Positions 47,659-56,620 of a stretch of 64,000 bases of DNA are shown here, piece by piece (position 1 is the first letter of the stretch; every line of letters starts with the position of its first letter). The notes beneath the pieces are model-generated. The model had not been told where the DNA came from. It was given only the letters and a program-made list of their open reading frames with translations, and did no database searches. The stretch is taken from positions 241-64,240 of the forward strand of contig JAOUKO010000001.1 of NCBI GenBank assembly GCA_029882525.1. The letters run 5' to 3'. The DNA is from Candidatus Aminicenantes bacterium. Its GTDB lineage: Bacteria > Acidobacteriota > Aminicenantia > Aminicenantales > Aminicenantaceae. The translations under genes and the position numbers were made by a program.

Positions 47659-48651
47659 CTAGAGGCCAATGGCCGCTCTGACTTCCTCCATGGTCTGCTG
47701 AGCCACGCGGCGCGCTTTTTTGTTCCCTTCTTCCAGAATATCCCAGACAAGCTGGGGATTTTTTTCGTACTTGCTCCTCTTTTCCCTGAAGGGAGCAAGA
47801 AGTTCGATCAGCCTGTTAATGACCACTTCTTTGCATTCCAGACAGCCAATTCCGGCAGTCCGGCATCCCTGGGCCAGTTCCTCTCTTTTGGTTTTGTCCA
47901 CGAAGGCCTTGTGGAAGGTAAACACCGGGCAGTCTTTCGGCTCTCCTGAGTCTGTCTTGCGCTTGCGCCGGGTATCGGTCACCATAGGTGATATTTTCTG
48001 CCGGATGACTTCTGGTGGGTCCTTAAGGAAGATGGAATTCCCGAGAGACTTGCTCATCTTGCGACCATCTGTTCCGGCAAGCTTCGGGACTTCAGTGAGG
48101 ATGGTCTGAGGTTCAGGAAATACGTTCCCATAGAGACGGTTGAAGCGCCGTGTGATCTCACGGGCAAGCTCCAGATGATAGGCTTGGTCTTCACCGACAG
48201 GGACGGCATTGGCCTTATACATGAGGATGTCCGCTGTCTGAAGCACCGGATATCCCAGGAACCCGTAGGTGTTCAGATCCTTATCCGGAATCTCCCTCTG
48301 CATCTCCTTTAAAGTCGGGACTCTCTGCAGCCAGGGAAGAGGAATTATCATTGACAAGAGCAGATGGAGTTCTGCATGTTCCTTAACCTCGGCTTGATTG
48401 AAGATAACGCTTTTTTGCGGGTCCAACCCGATACTCAGCCAATCCGCTCCCACTTCAAAGATGAAGTTCTTGATGATTTTCGAATTCTGGTATTCAGAGC
48501 TCAAGGCATGCCAGGTCACGATGCTGTAGAAGCAGGTGTGCTCTTCCTGGAATTTTAGCCAGTTGCGCAGTGCTCCGGCCAAGTGGCCGAGATGGCAGGG
48601 ACCTGTCGGCCTCAAACCGCTCAAGACGACCTTTTTCTTTTTACCGCTCAT
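47659..48651 (-). CDS. trpS: tryptophan--tRNA ligase
   Basis: SGLRPTGPCHLGHLAG (HIGH-type), KMSKS; ATG at 48651; the 5' 250 codons of ORF 47659..49401 overlap the M50 gene out of frame and are not coding. Confidence 0.85.
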   Translation of the reverse strand: MSGKKKKVVLSGLRPTGPCHLGHLAGALRNWLKFQEEHTCFYSIVTWHALSSEYQNSKIIKNFIFEVGADWLSIGLDPQKSVIFNQAEVKEHAELHLLLSMIIPLPWLQRVPTLKEMQREIPDKDLNTYGFLGYPVLQTADILMYKANAVPVGEDQAYHLELAREITRRFNRLYGNVFPEPQTILTEVPKLAGTDGRKMSKSLGNSIFLKDPPEVIRQKISPMVTDTRRKRKTDSGEPKDCPVFTFHKAFVDKTKREELAQGCRTAGIGCLECKEVVINRLIELLAPFREKRSKYEKNPQLVWDILEEGNKKARRVAQQTMEEVRAAIGL

Positions 48652-48653
48652 TT

Positions 48654-49334
48654 TTAAAGAAACACTATAGTATGGATGACCAGGGCTATCGGATACATCA
48701 GAATCCGGAGAAGCCCGAGATAGATCAGCGCCAGAAGTATGATGAACCCGAAGGGGCGGATCCGCTCGTATTTCTGGCCGGCCTCTTCCGAGAGGAAACC
48801 CATCAGGATACCGCTTCCGTCCAGGGGAGGAATCGGAATGAGGTTGAAAACAGCAAGCAGACAGTTGACGTAGGCGAGATAATAGAGGATAAGGGCCAGT
48901 ACTCCCAAAGGAAAAAAGCCGCGGTTCAGCCCTCCTATTTCGGAGAGGGAGGCTCTCAGGAAGAAAACAACATCGGGGCTGATAATCTTCAGAAAAACGA
49001 TGACAATGAGAGCAATGGTGGCCACGGTCAGGTTGGAAGCTGGACCGGCCGCCGATATCCAGAGATTGTCCCGACGGGGATTTCTCAGGTTGAGAGGATT
49101 GACAGGAACAGGCTTGGCCCAGCCGATAGGGACCAATCCCATGATCAGCATGATGAACGGAAAGATAACCGTTCCTATGGGATCGATGTGGGCGATGGGA
49201 TTGAGGGTAACCCTTCCCAGGGCGTAAGCAGTCGGGTCTCCCAGTTTGTATGCGGCCCAACCGTGAGCGGCTTCGTGCACGGTTATGGCGAAGAGCAGTA
49301 CAAAGACCACGATGATGATAGTAGAAACAGCCAT
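48654..49334 (-). CDS. M50-family (site-2-protease-like) membrane metalloprotease
   Basis: HEAAHG zinc motif in TM helix, LDG motif (NLIPIPPLDGS), about 6 TM helices. Confidence 0.75.
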   Translation of the reverse strand: MAVSTIIIVVFVLLFAITVHEAAHGWAAYKLGDPTAYALGRVTLNPIAHIDPIGTVIFPFIMLIMGLVPIGWAKPVPVNPLNLRNPRRDNLWISAAGPASNLTVATIALIVIVFLKIISPDVVFFLRASLSEIGGLNRGFFPLGVLALILYYLAYVNCLLAVFNLIPIPPLDGSGILMGFLSEEAGQKYERIRPFGFIILLALIYLGLLRILMYPIALVIHTIVFL

Positions 49335-49394
49335 TTTTCTTCCAGAGGTATTTATACCATATGAGGGGAACCTCGTAAAGCAAAAAGGGAATAA

Positions 49395-49435
49395 ATCTCA
49401 TGAAACGACAGGGAAATCGCTTCGCTCCAGTCCAA
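49395..49435. repeat. Solo terminal-repeat fragment of family-B MITE
   Basis: gaaacgacagggaaatcgcttcgctccagtcc matches the 31705 TIR. Confidence 0.4.
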
Positions 49436-49505
49436 TGGGGAAGATGATCAATAAAAAAGGCCCCATCACTGGTGACAGGGCCTTTGAATATCTGATCTAA
49501 AATGG

Positions 49506-51086
49506 TCAGCTTTTCAGGATTTTCTCGACTTCCTCTTTGTCCACTTCGGTGATGAAGGATATGCCGCTGATGTTCGCCGCATCTTGGGTCAAAGAGGCTA
49601 TATCGTCGCGGGTGATGTATTTCAGGGAGAACTTCCTGTTACCAGCCATGAGCTGACGCAGTCCTTGGCTGAGCCTGTGGAAGTAAGTGTAGAGCCCCAT
49701 CGCTCCTGTGGGGATGTTGTTGAACCTTTCCTTGTATTTCTTCTTCAATTCAGGTGCTGTAACGAATATTTCTTCGGCTGTATTGCCAAAGCGCTCCACA
49801 TAAACAGGGATCTGACCTTCGTCGATTCTCTTTCCGATCGTCTTGCCTACCATTGTGGCGGCCATAGGTCCTCTGGCCATGCCCACGACTTTGAAATACG
49901 GAGCACCCAGGGCAAGAGCTTTATAGATCTGGTCTTCGAAAGTGATTCCGCCAGCAGCCGCAACATCAGGAATATGTTCTCCTTTTTCGTCCAGCTTCTT
50001 GAGGTACTGATAGAGCAGGGACCAGATCTCCACACTCGGGATTCCCCATTCGTTCATCATTCGCCAGGGACTCATTCCTGTCCCGCCTCCGGCTCCGTCG
50101 ACTGTCAGGAGGTCGAGCCTTGCTTTGGAAGCGTACTTGACTGCCCGGGCCAGGTCTGCCGGCCTGTAAGCGCCTGTTTTCAAGAAGACGTACTTGGCTC
50201 CTGCCTTTCTCAATTCCTCGACTCTCTTCATGAAGCTTTCTTCTTCGACCATGCCCAGTCGAGAATGTCTTTCAAACTCCTTGAAGCTTCCCTTTTCAAA
50301 GGCCTTGATGACATCGGGATCATCGGGATCGGGAAGGACGATGTAGCCTTTTTTCTTCAGCGCTTGTGCTTTTTCGAGGCTCTTGATCTTGACCTCGCCG
50401 CCGATATCCTTGGCGCCCTGCCCCCACTTCAGCTCGACGACTTCGACACCGAGCTTTTCGATGACGTATTCATGGACTCCCAGCCTCGTGTCTTCCACGT
50501 TCGCTTGGACAACCACTGTCCCGTAGCCGTCCTCTTGGAATTCTTTAAAGAAGTTTACCCGTCTTTCCATGTCAGGCGACCGGACGACTTTCCCGTTCTT
50601 GATCTCTGATTCATCATCCATGCCGCAGACGTTTTCCCCGACAGTCAGGATGCTCCCTGAAAGAGCCGCACCCTTGGCCAGTCCTTCCCAATTCTGTTTG
50701 GCAACATTCGTCGAGCCCATGCCGGAGATAATAAAAGGGACTTTGAGCTTGATCCCTTTATCGTGGCCGATTGCGGTTTCGATGGTCACTTTAGGGAAAG
50801 TGGCTTTATCCGAGTCAGCCTCAACGCCATGGGCGCCCACGGCTGTTCCCATGATCGTGAAATCAGAGAGGTCGACAGGATATTCCTTTTCAGAGGCCGC
50901 GGTGATGATCCCGAAAGGCTGAGGATAGAGAACTTCATGCCCTCTGTAGGCTGATTTTCCTATCTCGCACATTCCGATACAGCCATCGACACACGTCACG
51001 CACATCCCGCTGAAGGGACTGATGGAACCTTCTGTCCTGTTCTTTGTCAGAGTAGCTGCGCTTCTGTTGAGTTTTGTATAGGCCAT
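49506..51086 (-). CDS. glutamate synthase-like FMN-binding catalytic-domain protein (archaeal-type GltB domain 2) with N-terminal Cys cluster
   Basis: 526 aa; CVTCVDGCIGMC N-terminal Cys motif; central TIM-barrel motifs of Glu_synthase family (GMGST, AGGGTG). Confidence 0.75.
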   Translation of the reverse strand: MAYTKLNRSAATLTKNRTEGSISPFSGMCVTCVDGCIGMCEIGKSAYRGHEVLYPQPFGIITAASEKEYPVDLSDFTIMGTAVGAHGVEADSDKATFPKVTIETAIGHDKGIKLKVPFIISGMGSTNVAKQNWEGLAKGAALSGSILTVGENVCGMDDESEIKNGKVVRSPDMERRVNFFKEFQEDGYGTVVVQANVEDTRLGVHEYVIEKLGVEVVELKWGQGAKDIGGEVKIKSLEKAQALKKKGYIVLPDPDDPDVIKAFEKGSFKEFERHSRLGMVEEESFMKRVEELRKAGAKYVFLKTGAYRPADLARAVKYASKARLDLLTVDGAGGGTGMSPWRMMNEWGIPSVEIWSLLYQYLKKLDEKGEHIPDVAAAGGITFEDQIYKALALGAPYFKVVGMARGPMAATMVGKTIGKRIDEGQIPVYVERFGNTAEEIFVTAPELKKKYKERFNNIPTGAMGLYTYFHRLSQGLRQLMAGNRKFSLKYITRDDIASLTQDAANISGISFITEVDKEEVEKILKS

Positions 51087-51157
51087 AATGATTACCTCCT
51101 TATTGACTCATTGATTTATTTGCAGCAAGAAGCACGAATATCATTTGTTTTCATTCC

Positions 51158-51868
51158 TTATTTGGTGTTGCTGACCTGCTCCTTACCGTCTTTTTTTTCT
51201 CTCACACACGTCCCGCAGCGGCCGGCGTCATACATCCAGCACTGAAGGTCGTCGTAATGGTCCAAACAGGTTGGCTCCATAGTCAAGCAGGCATTGCAGA
51301 CTGCCGTATCTGCTTCGGGGCCCTGGCACCTGAGCTGGCAGGCTGGGCAGATATAAATGCAGCCTCCGCAGAGGCGGCATTCTTCGGAGCGGATGTCGAA
51401 GGGGGTCGAGATTTTCCGCTTGAATCCTCGGTTTTGAAAGCCGATCGCCCGTCCGTCCATCTGCTCGGCGCACATCCGGACGCATAATCCGCACAGGATG
51501 CATTCTTCGTTCCGGACCTTGAAACGGACTTGAGTGACACCGAATTTCGAGGCCAAGTCCTGAATGACCTTAGAATTGGGAGCGATGGAAAGCATCAGCT
51601 CTATCATCATCTTTCGCGTCTCGATAACTCTTTTTGTATCCGTCCTGACGATCAAGCCTTCTTCCACGGGATAGGTACAGGATGAGACAAGTTTGGCTTT
51701 AGGGCCCTCGCCGATCTCGACCAGACAAAGACGGCAGCCTCCGTACGGGCTTAAGCCATCTTTATAGCAAAGGGTTGGAATCTCAAGCCCATAAAACTTG
51801 GCTGTTTCAAGAATGGTCCAACCCTCTTCAGCCTTGACTTCCAATCCATTCATGATTAAATTAATCAT
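51158..51868 (-). CDS. NuoG/HydA-N-terminal-like ferredoxin (2Fe-2S + two 4Fe-4S motifs), no catalytic domain
   Basis: 236 aa; plant-type 2Fe-2S Cys pattern near the N-terminus, then CILCGLCVRMC and CRLCGGCIYICPAC. Confidence 0.7.
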   Translation of the reverse strand: MINLIMNGLEVKAEEGWTILETAKFYGLEIPTLCYKDGLSPYGGCRLCLVEIGEGPKAKLVSSCTYPVEEGLIVRTDTKRVIETRKMMIELMLSIAPNSKVIQDLASKFGVTQVRFKVRNEECILCGLCVRMCAEQMDGRAIGFQNRGFKRKISTPFDIRSEECRLCGGCIYICPACQLRCQGPEADTAVCNACLTMEPTCLDHYDDLQCWMYDAGRCGTCVREKKDGKEQVSNTK

Positions 51869-54800
51869 TTCGTCCTTCCCATTGCGTTTTTGCCGTCTTT
51901 GGTTTCCAAATCACATCTTAGGCAGCGTCTTGCTTCCTCGACGGCTTTCTCTTCGGTTAATCCTAACTCAACTTCTTTAAAGTTCTTTTTTCTTGCGTTT
52001 AGAGATAACCTCGGCATTTTAGCTCTTTTTGCTTTTTGTATTTCTTCTTCAGTCAGCTCTACTGGCTCAACATAGAGGGATGGTCTGCTGAGCTTGTAGT
52101 CTCTGGCTAATCTTTCTCCTTCGAGATACTTTTCGATGGATTCTGCAGCTATCTTTCCTGCGGCGATGGCTTCGACCACTGTTTTAGGCCCGGAGACTGC
52201 GTCACCGCCGGCGAAGACGCCTTCTCTACCCGTCGAAAGAACTTCCTTATCAGCAATGATAGTCCCCCATTGGGTGACCTTCAGGTTATCTCCCTCTTTA
52301 ATGAATGAAATATCTGGCCTTTCTCCTATGGCAGGAATGAGTGTGTCTAATTCGACCGAGAACTCTGAGCCATCGATAGGAACAGGCCGTCTTCTGCCGC
52401 TTTCATCGAGATCGCCCAGCTTCATTCGTATGCATTCCACGCCGACTACCTTCCCGTTTTTTGTTAAAACCTTCTTGGGCGCCACTAAATACTGGATTTC
52501 GATGCCTTCCTGGAGTGCACTGTCGATCTCTTCTTCAAATGCGGGCATTTCTTTTCTTGTTCTTCTGTAGAGTATCGTCACCTTTTGGCAATCCTTACTT
52601 CGGATAGCGACTCGGGCTGCATCAACAGCTGCATTTCCGCCGCCGATAATGCCTACTTTTTCACCCAGCTTGACTTTTTCACCCAAATTGACTGCATGAA
52701 GAAGTTCCATGGCCTGAATAACGCCTTCTGCATTTTCTCCTGGAATCTTCAAATCCATCGATTTGTGAGCGCCAGTGGTAATAAATACAGCTCGATAGCC
52801 CTCTTTGAACAGGTCGTCGATAGTAAAATCTTTTCCCAAAGCAGTGTTTGTTTTAATGGTAACGCCAGATTTTATGATATTTTCAATGTCAGCATTTAGG
52901 ATTTTATTAGGCAACCGGTGCTCTGGAATCCCTATTGCCAGCATTCCTCCGGGCACGGAAAGGGATTCAAAGATGGTTGCTTGATATCCTTTCAGGCACA
53001 GATTGTATCCAGCTGTTAATCCTGCTGGGCCTGCACCTATGATCGCTACTTTTTCTTTATCGGTCTTGACGCGTTGGGCAGGTATTTGATAACCATTTTG
53101 TCTTGCCCAATCCATGACAAACCGCTTCAGGTCCCGAATGGCAATTGGCTCTCCTATTTCTCCGGCTCTACAAACTGTTTCACATGGATGATGGCAAACC
53201 CGACCGCAGACCGAAGGCAAAGGATTATCCTTGATGATGACTTTTAAAGCCTCTTCGAATTTTCCTTGAGCGATGAGAGCAATATAGACCGAAGCTTCCT
53301 GATCAATGGGACAGATGTATTGACATGGAGCAGAGACGATTTCTTTACAGACCAGAGCAGGGCATTTCTTAGAGAAGATGTGGCTTTCGTATTCATGTCG
53401 AAAATATCTAAGCGTCGACAGGACAGGGTTTGCGGCGGTCTGGCCCAGCCCGCAGAGTGAGGCATCTTTTGTGGTCCGAGCCAATTGTTCAAGCAACTGG
53501 ATATCTTTTTCTGTTCCCGTTCCTTCGGATATATCCTTGACGATTTCCCACATTCTTTGAGTTCCTTCTCGACAGGAGAGGCATTTGCCACACGATTCGT
53601 CTCTCAGAAAATTCAAGAAGTATTTCGCCACATCGACCATGCACGTGTTTTCGTCCATAACGATCATTCCGCCAGAGCCCATTATCGATCCTGCTTGAGT
53701 CAAGCTTTCATAATCTATCGGCAGATCCAACTTTTCCTTCGGGAGGCATCCTCCTGAAGGTCCGCCGGTTTGAACGGCTTTAAACTCTTTTCCTCCGGGA
53801 ATTCCTCCTCCGATATCAAAAATGATCTCTCTAAGAGTGATCCCCATGGGAACCTCGACTAACCCCGTATTATTGATTTTACCGACCAAAGAAAATATTT
53901 TGGTTCCCTTGCTTCCTTTGGTTCCTATATTGGAAAACCAATCGGCTCCTTTTTCGATGATAAGAGGAACATTGGCCCAGGTTTCGACGTTGTTGATGTT
54001 AGTTGGCTTGTTCCAGAGGCCTTTTACAGCGGGGAAAGGCGGTCTCTGCCTGGGTTCTCCGACTCTTCCTTCAACCGAGGCTATAAGCGCTGTTTCCTCG
54101 CCGCAGACAAAAGCCCCCGCCCCTTTAGAGATATGAATCCTGAAATTAAAATCCGTGCCGAGTATTTTTTTGCCGATCAGCCCGAATTCTTCTGCTTGGG
54201 AAATGGCTCTGGAGATATGTTTCACGGCAAGTGGATATTCGTCTCTGACATAGATAAACCCTTCCTCGGCACCGATGGCATAAGCACCGATGACCATTCC
54301 TTCCAATACGCGATGAGGGTTTCCTTCCAGCAAGCTGCGGTCCATGTAAGCCCCTGGATCTCCTTCATCAGCGTTGCAGATGATGTATTTTGTGTCGCCT
54401 TTTGCTTTCCTTGCGAATTCCCACTTGTAACCCGCCGGAAAACCGGCTCCTCCCCGGCCTCTAAGTCCAGACTGCTTTACAGTTTCAATGACTTCTTCTG
54501 GAAACATACCGCCTAAAACTTTGGCCAGGGAGCTGTATCCTCCGATAGAGAGATAATCGTTGATTTTGGTCGGGTCAATAAGGGCATTGTCGCCAAGAAG
54601 CAGGCGTTTTTGTTTCCTGTAAAAGGAAATGTCATCTTCTTTTAAAACAGTCTCTCCCGATACCGGGTCTGAATACAGAAGCCGCTCGATGGTTTCATTC
54701 TTGAGGATAGTTAGTGAAGCGATGTCTTCAGCATCCTTGGGGTGGACTTTCTGGTAGAAGATGTTTTCAGGCTGAATGATTATGTTGGGTTCAACCTCAC

Positions 54801-55026
54801 AGAAGCCGTGACATCCTGTTACCTTAATCTTTACTTTATTGGCCAGGTTTTTTTTCTGAATGGCTTTTTTCAAGGATTCAATGACTTTTAATGAACCGCG
54901 GGCTTGACCGCATGTTCCGGCAGACACGGTGAGGACATGCTTTTTTTCAGATTTTCTCTTCTGGATTTCGCTCTGAATAGTATGCTTCAAATCTTCGATT
55001 TTTTTTATTTTCTTGATTGCTTTCAT
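51865..55026 (-). CDS. fusion protein: thioredoxin-like 2Fe-2S domain + NuoF/HydB-like FMN/NADH subunit + GltD/NfnB-like FAD/NAD(P)H oxidoreductase
   Basis: 1053 aa; GRGGAGFPAGYKWEF FMN/NADH site, ESCGKCLSCREG 4Fe-4S, then dicluster CQYICP/CGRVCHHPCE, AIIGAGPAGL FAD and IIGGGNAAVD NAD(P) Rossmann motifs. Confidence 0.8.
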   Translation of the reverse strand: MKAIKKIKKIEDLKHTIQSEIQKRKSEKKHVLTVSAGTCGQARGSLKVIESLKKAIQKKNLANKVKIKVTGCHGFCEVEPNIIIQPENIFYQKVHPKDAEDIASLTILKNETIERLLYSDPVSGETVLKEDDISFYRKQKRLLLGDNALIDPTKINDYLSIGGYSSLAKVLGGMFPEEVIETVKQSGLRGRGGAGFPAGYKWEFARKAKGDTKYIICNADEGDPGAYMDRSLLEGNPHRVLEGMVIGAYAIGAEEGFIYVRDEYPLAVKHISRAISQAEEFGLIGKKILGTDFNFRIHISKGAGAFVCGEETALIASVEGRVGEPRQRPPFPAVKGLWNKPTNINNVETWANVPLIIEKGADWFSNIGTKGSKGTKIFSLVGKINNTGLVEVPMGITLREIIFDIGGGIPGGKEFKAVQTGGPSGGCLPKEKLDLPIDYESLTQAGSIMGSGGMIVMDENTCMVDVAKYFLNFLRDESCGKCLSCREGTQRMWEIVKDISEGTGTEKDIQLLEQLARTTKDASLCGLGQTAANPVLSTLRYFRHEYESHIFSKKCPALVCKEIVSAPCQYICPIDQEASVYIALIAQGKFEEALKVIIKDNPLPSVCGRVCHHPCETVCRAGEIGEPIAIRDLKRFVMDWARQNGYQIPAQRVKTDKEKVAIIGAGPAGLTAGYNLCLKGYQATIFESLSVPGGMLAIGIPEHRLPNKILNADIENIIKSGVTIKTNTALGKDFTIDDLFKEGYRAVFITTGAHKSMDLKIPGENAEGVIQAMELLHAVNLGEKVKLGEKVGIIGGGNAAVDAARVAIRSKDCQKVTILYRRTRKEMPAFEEEIDSALQEGIEIQYLVAPKKVLTKNGKVVGVECIRMKLGDLDESGRRRPVPIDGSEFSVELDTLIPAIGERPDISFIKEGDNLKVTQWGTIIADKEVLSTGREGVFAGGDAVSGPKTVVEAIAAGKIAAESIEKYLEGERLARDYKLSRPSLYVEPVELTEEEIQKAKRAKMPRLSLNARKKNFKEVELGLTEEKAVEEARRCLRCDLETKDGKNAMGRTK

Positions 55027-55499
55027 TTTCTTTCTCTTTTTGTCATGTACTTCTTGAGGATTGGAACGACCTTCCGGATGGTTGTCTGAGCGTGGTATTT
55101 GTCGTCAATAACGACTACTGGACCGATGGCACAACACCCTAAACAGGCTACTGTTTGCAGGCTGAACTTTCCGTCTTCTGTGGTTTCTCCAGCTTTGATA
55201 TTCAGTTTTTTTTCGAATTCTTCCAGAATTTTTAGGCCGCCTCTGACGTGGCAGGCTGTTCCCAGGCAGACTGTTACGAGGTGTCGTCCTCTTGGTTCGA
55301 GGCTGAAGGCGCGATAAAAGGTTGCGACGCCAACGATATCGATGAGCGGAATTCCCGTCGTTTCGGATACGATTCTCAAAGCATCCTGAGGAAGATAGTT
55401 GTACTCTTCCTGGATGTCCTGCAGGATGGATATGAGGGCTTTTTTTTCGCTGTTGTATTTTGTTACGAATGATTTGATTTTAGATTCTTGAATTTCCAC
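55023..55499 (-). CDS. NuoE/HydC-like thioredoxin-fold 2Fe-2S subunit
   Basis: 158 aa; VCLGTACHVRG ... ACLGCCAIGPVV four-Cys motif. Confidence 0.8.
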   Translation of the reverse strand: MEIQESKIKSFVTKYNSEKKALISILQDIQEEYNYLPQDALRIVSETTGIPLIDIVGVATFYRAFSLEPRGRHLVTVCLGTACHVRGGLKILEEFEKKLNIKAGETTEDGKFSLQTVACLGCCAIGPVVVIDDKYHAQTTIRKVVPILKKYMTKRERK

Positions 55500-55724
55500 C
55501 CGTTTTCCTCCGAATCGTATTATTGTTCTATTCTATTCAAAGATACTTTTCTCTCGGTTTGAGTGGCCTGAATTCGAGATTTCTCTGTGGGGTCATGATG
55601 AGTCTGACTGAATTTTATATTAGTGACCTGAATTGGAACGTTGAGGTGGACTTGAGAGAGAAAAGCGGATTGAGGTTATGAAGTTTATGATTCCTCCTCT
55701 TAACTTATGAATTTAAAAATTATT

Positions 55725-55738
55725 ATGAATTAATTCAT
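55725..55738. promoter_or_regulatory. Perfect 14-bp AT palindrome ATGAATTAATTCAT in divergent promoter region
   Basis: Read directly; adjacent direct repeats TTATGAATT(55706/55723) and ATTGTCAAT x2 (55794-55814). Confidence 0.3.
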
Positions 55739-55872
55739 TAAAACGTATTAGAATTTAAATTATTAACAAGGTTTTATAACAGATAAATATCATTATTGTC
55801 AATATTGTCAATGATTTTTCATTTCTCATAAGCCAGTGAAGTCAACCCGGGCCTAATCCCCAAGATTCCATC

Positions 55873-55901
55873 TTGACAGACAGGGAGAATGTGCCATAAT
55901 T
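55873..55901 (+). promoter_or_regulatory. sigma-70-type promoter for speH (TTGACA-16/17-cATAATt)
   Basis: Consensus -35 TTGACA at 55873-55878; -10 CATAAT at 55895-55900; RBS AAAAGGAG follows. Confidence 0.5.
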
Positions 55902-55931
55902 AGGTTCATTCTGTCTAAAAGGAGAAGAACA

Positions 55932-56369
55932 ATGCCCCAGAAGATACACCGCTCCATAGGGCATCACTATATCGTGGAAGCCTCGGGATGTGACCCAGAA
56001 ATCATAAGCAGTGTAGAAAAAGTGCAGCAGATATTGGTCAAGGCGGCTGATATTGCGGGAGCCAAAGTCTGGTCAATCTCCGTAAACCGGTTTCCGCCAA
56101 ACGGTGTCAGCGGAGTGATCGTGATCTCTGAATCCCATATATCCATCCATACCTGGCCGGAATACGGATACGGTGCCTTGGACTTTTACACCTGCGGTGA
56201 TGAGACAGACCCGGAAAAAGCTGTCTTCTTTGCTGTCGAGGCTTTTGGTGCCCAGACTTCACACATCACTGAGATCACAAGAGGAATCGAGGAAGGAGAT
56301 AAAATTTTCTATCATAGTTTTGTCACCTGGGAAGAAGATTTCGTCAGCTCCCCGAAAGATGATAAATAA
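55932..56369 (+). CDS. speH: S-adenosylmethionine decarboxylase proenzyme (small bacterial/archaeal type)
   Basis: 145 aa; ESHISIHTWPE self-cleavage/pyruvoyl motif. Confidence 0.85.
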   Translation: MPQKIHRSIGHHYIVEASGCDPEIISSVEKVQQILVKAADIAGAKVWSISVNRFPPNGVSGVIVISESHISIHTWPEYGYGALDFYTCGDETDPEKAVFFAVEAFGAQTSHITEITRGIEEGDKIFYHSFVTWEEDFVSSPKDDK

Positions 56370-56605
56370 TTCATTTTCAGGTAAGTGCTGGTCCCGGGAG
56401 TGTTAAATATTTTTACACTTTGTCTTGCGGGATTCAGGAAAGCCTCCTTTTGAAACCCCCTGCTCCTCTCAAGACGGCATTTTTCTGGATATGTTTAAGA
56501 TGGCATGAAAATTGCTGATGTTTTTTAACACTGGAGCAGTGAAGAGAAAAGAGCCATTTCGAAGACGAATTTTGCCTGATGCCTTGTTCGAACTCTTAGC
56601 CTGTA

Positions 56606-56614
56606 TGTTATAAT
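56606..56614 (+). promoter_or_regulatory. extended -10 element TGTTATAAT, 6 nt upstream of ATG 56621 (possible leaderless transcript)
   Basis: Read directly; no Shine-Dalgarno between it and the start codon. Confidence 0.35.
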
Positions 56615-56620
56615 AGATAA

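Noticed and set aside
48652-49401. N-terminal 250 codons of the 580-aa ORF 47659..49401
   Set aside because: Arg/Ser/Pro/His-rich nonsense that overlaps the well-supported M50 protease gene out of frame. TrpRS homology begins only at the internal ATG at 48651.
49584-50609. 341-aa plus-strand ORF
   Set aside because: Antisense to the GltB-like gene, with no recognisable motifs.
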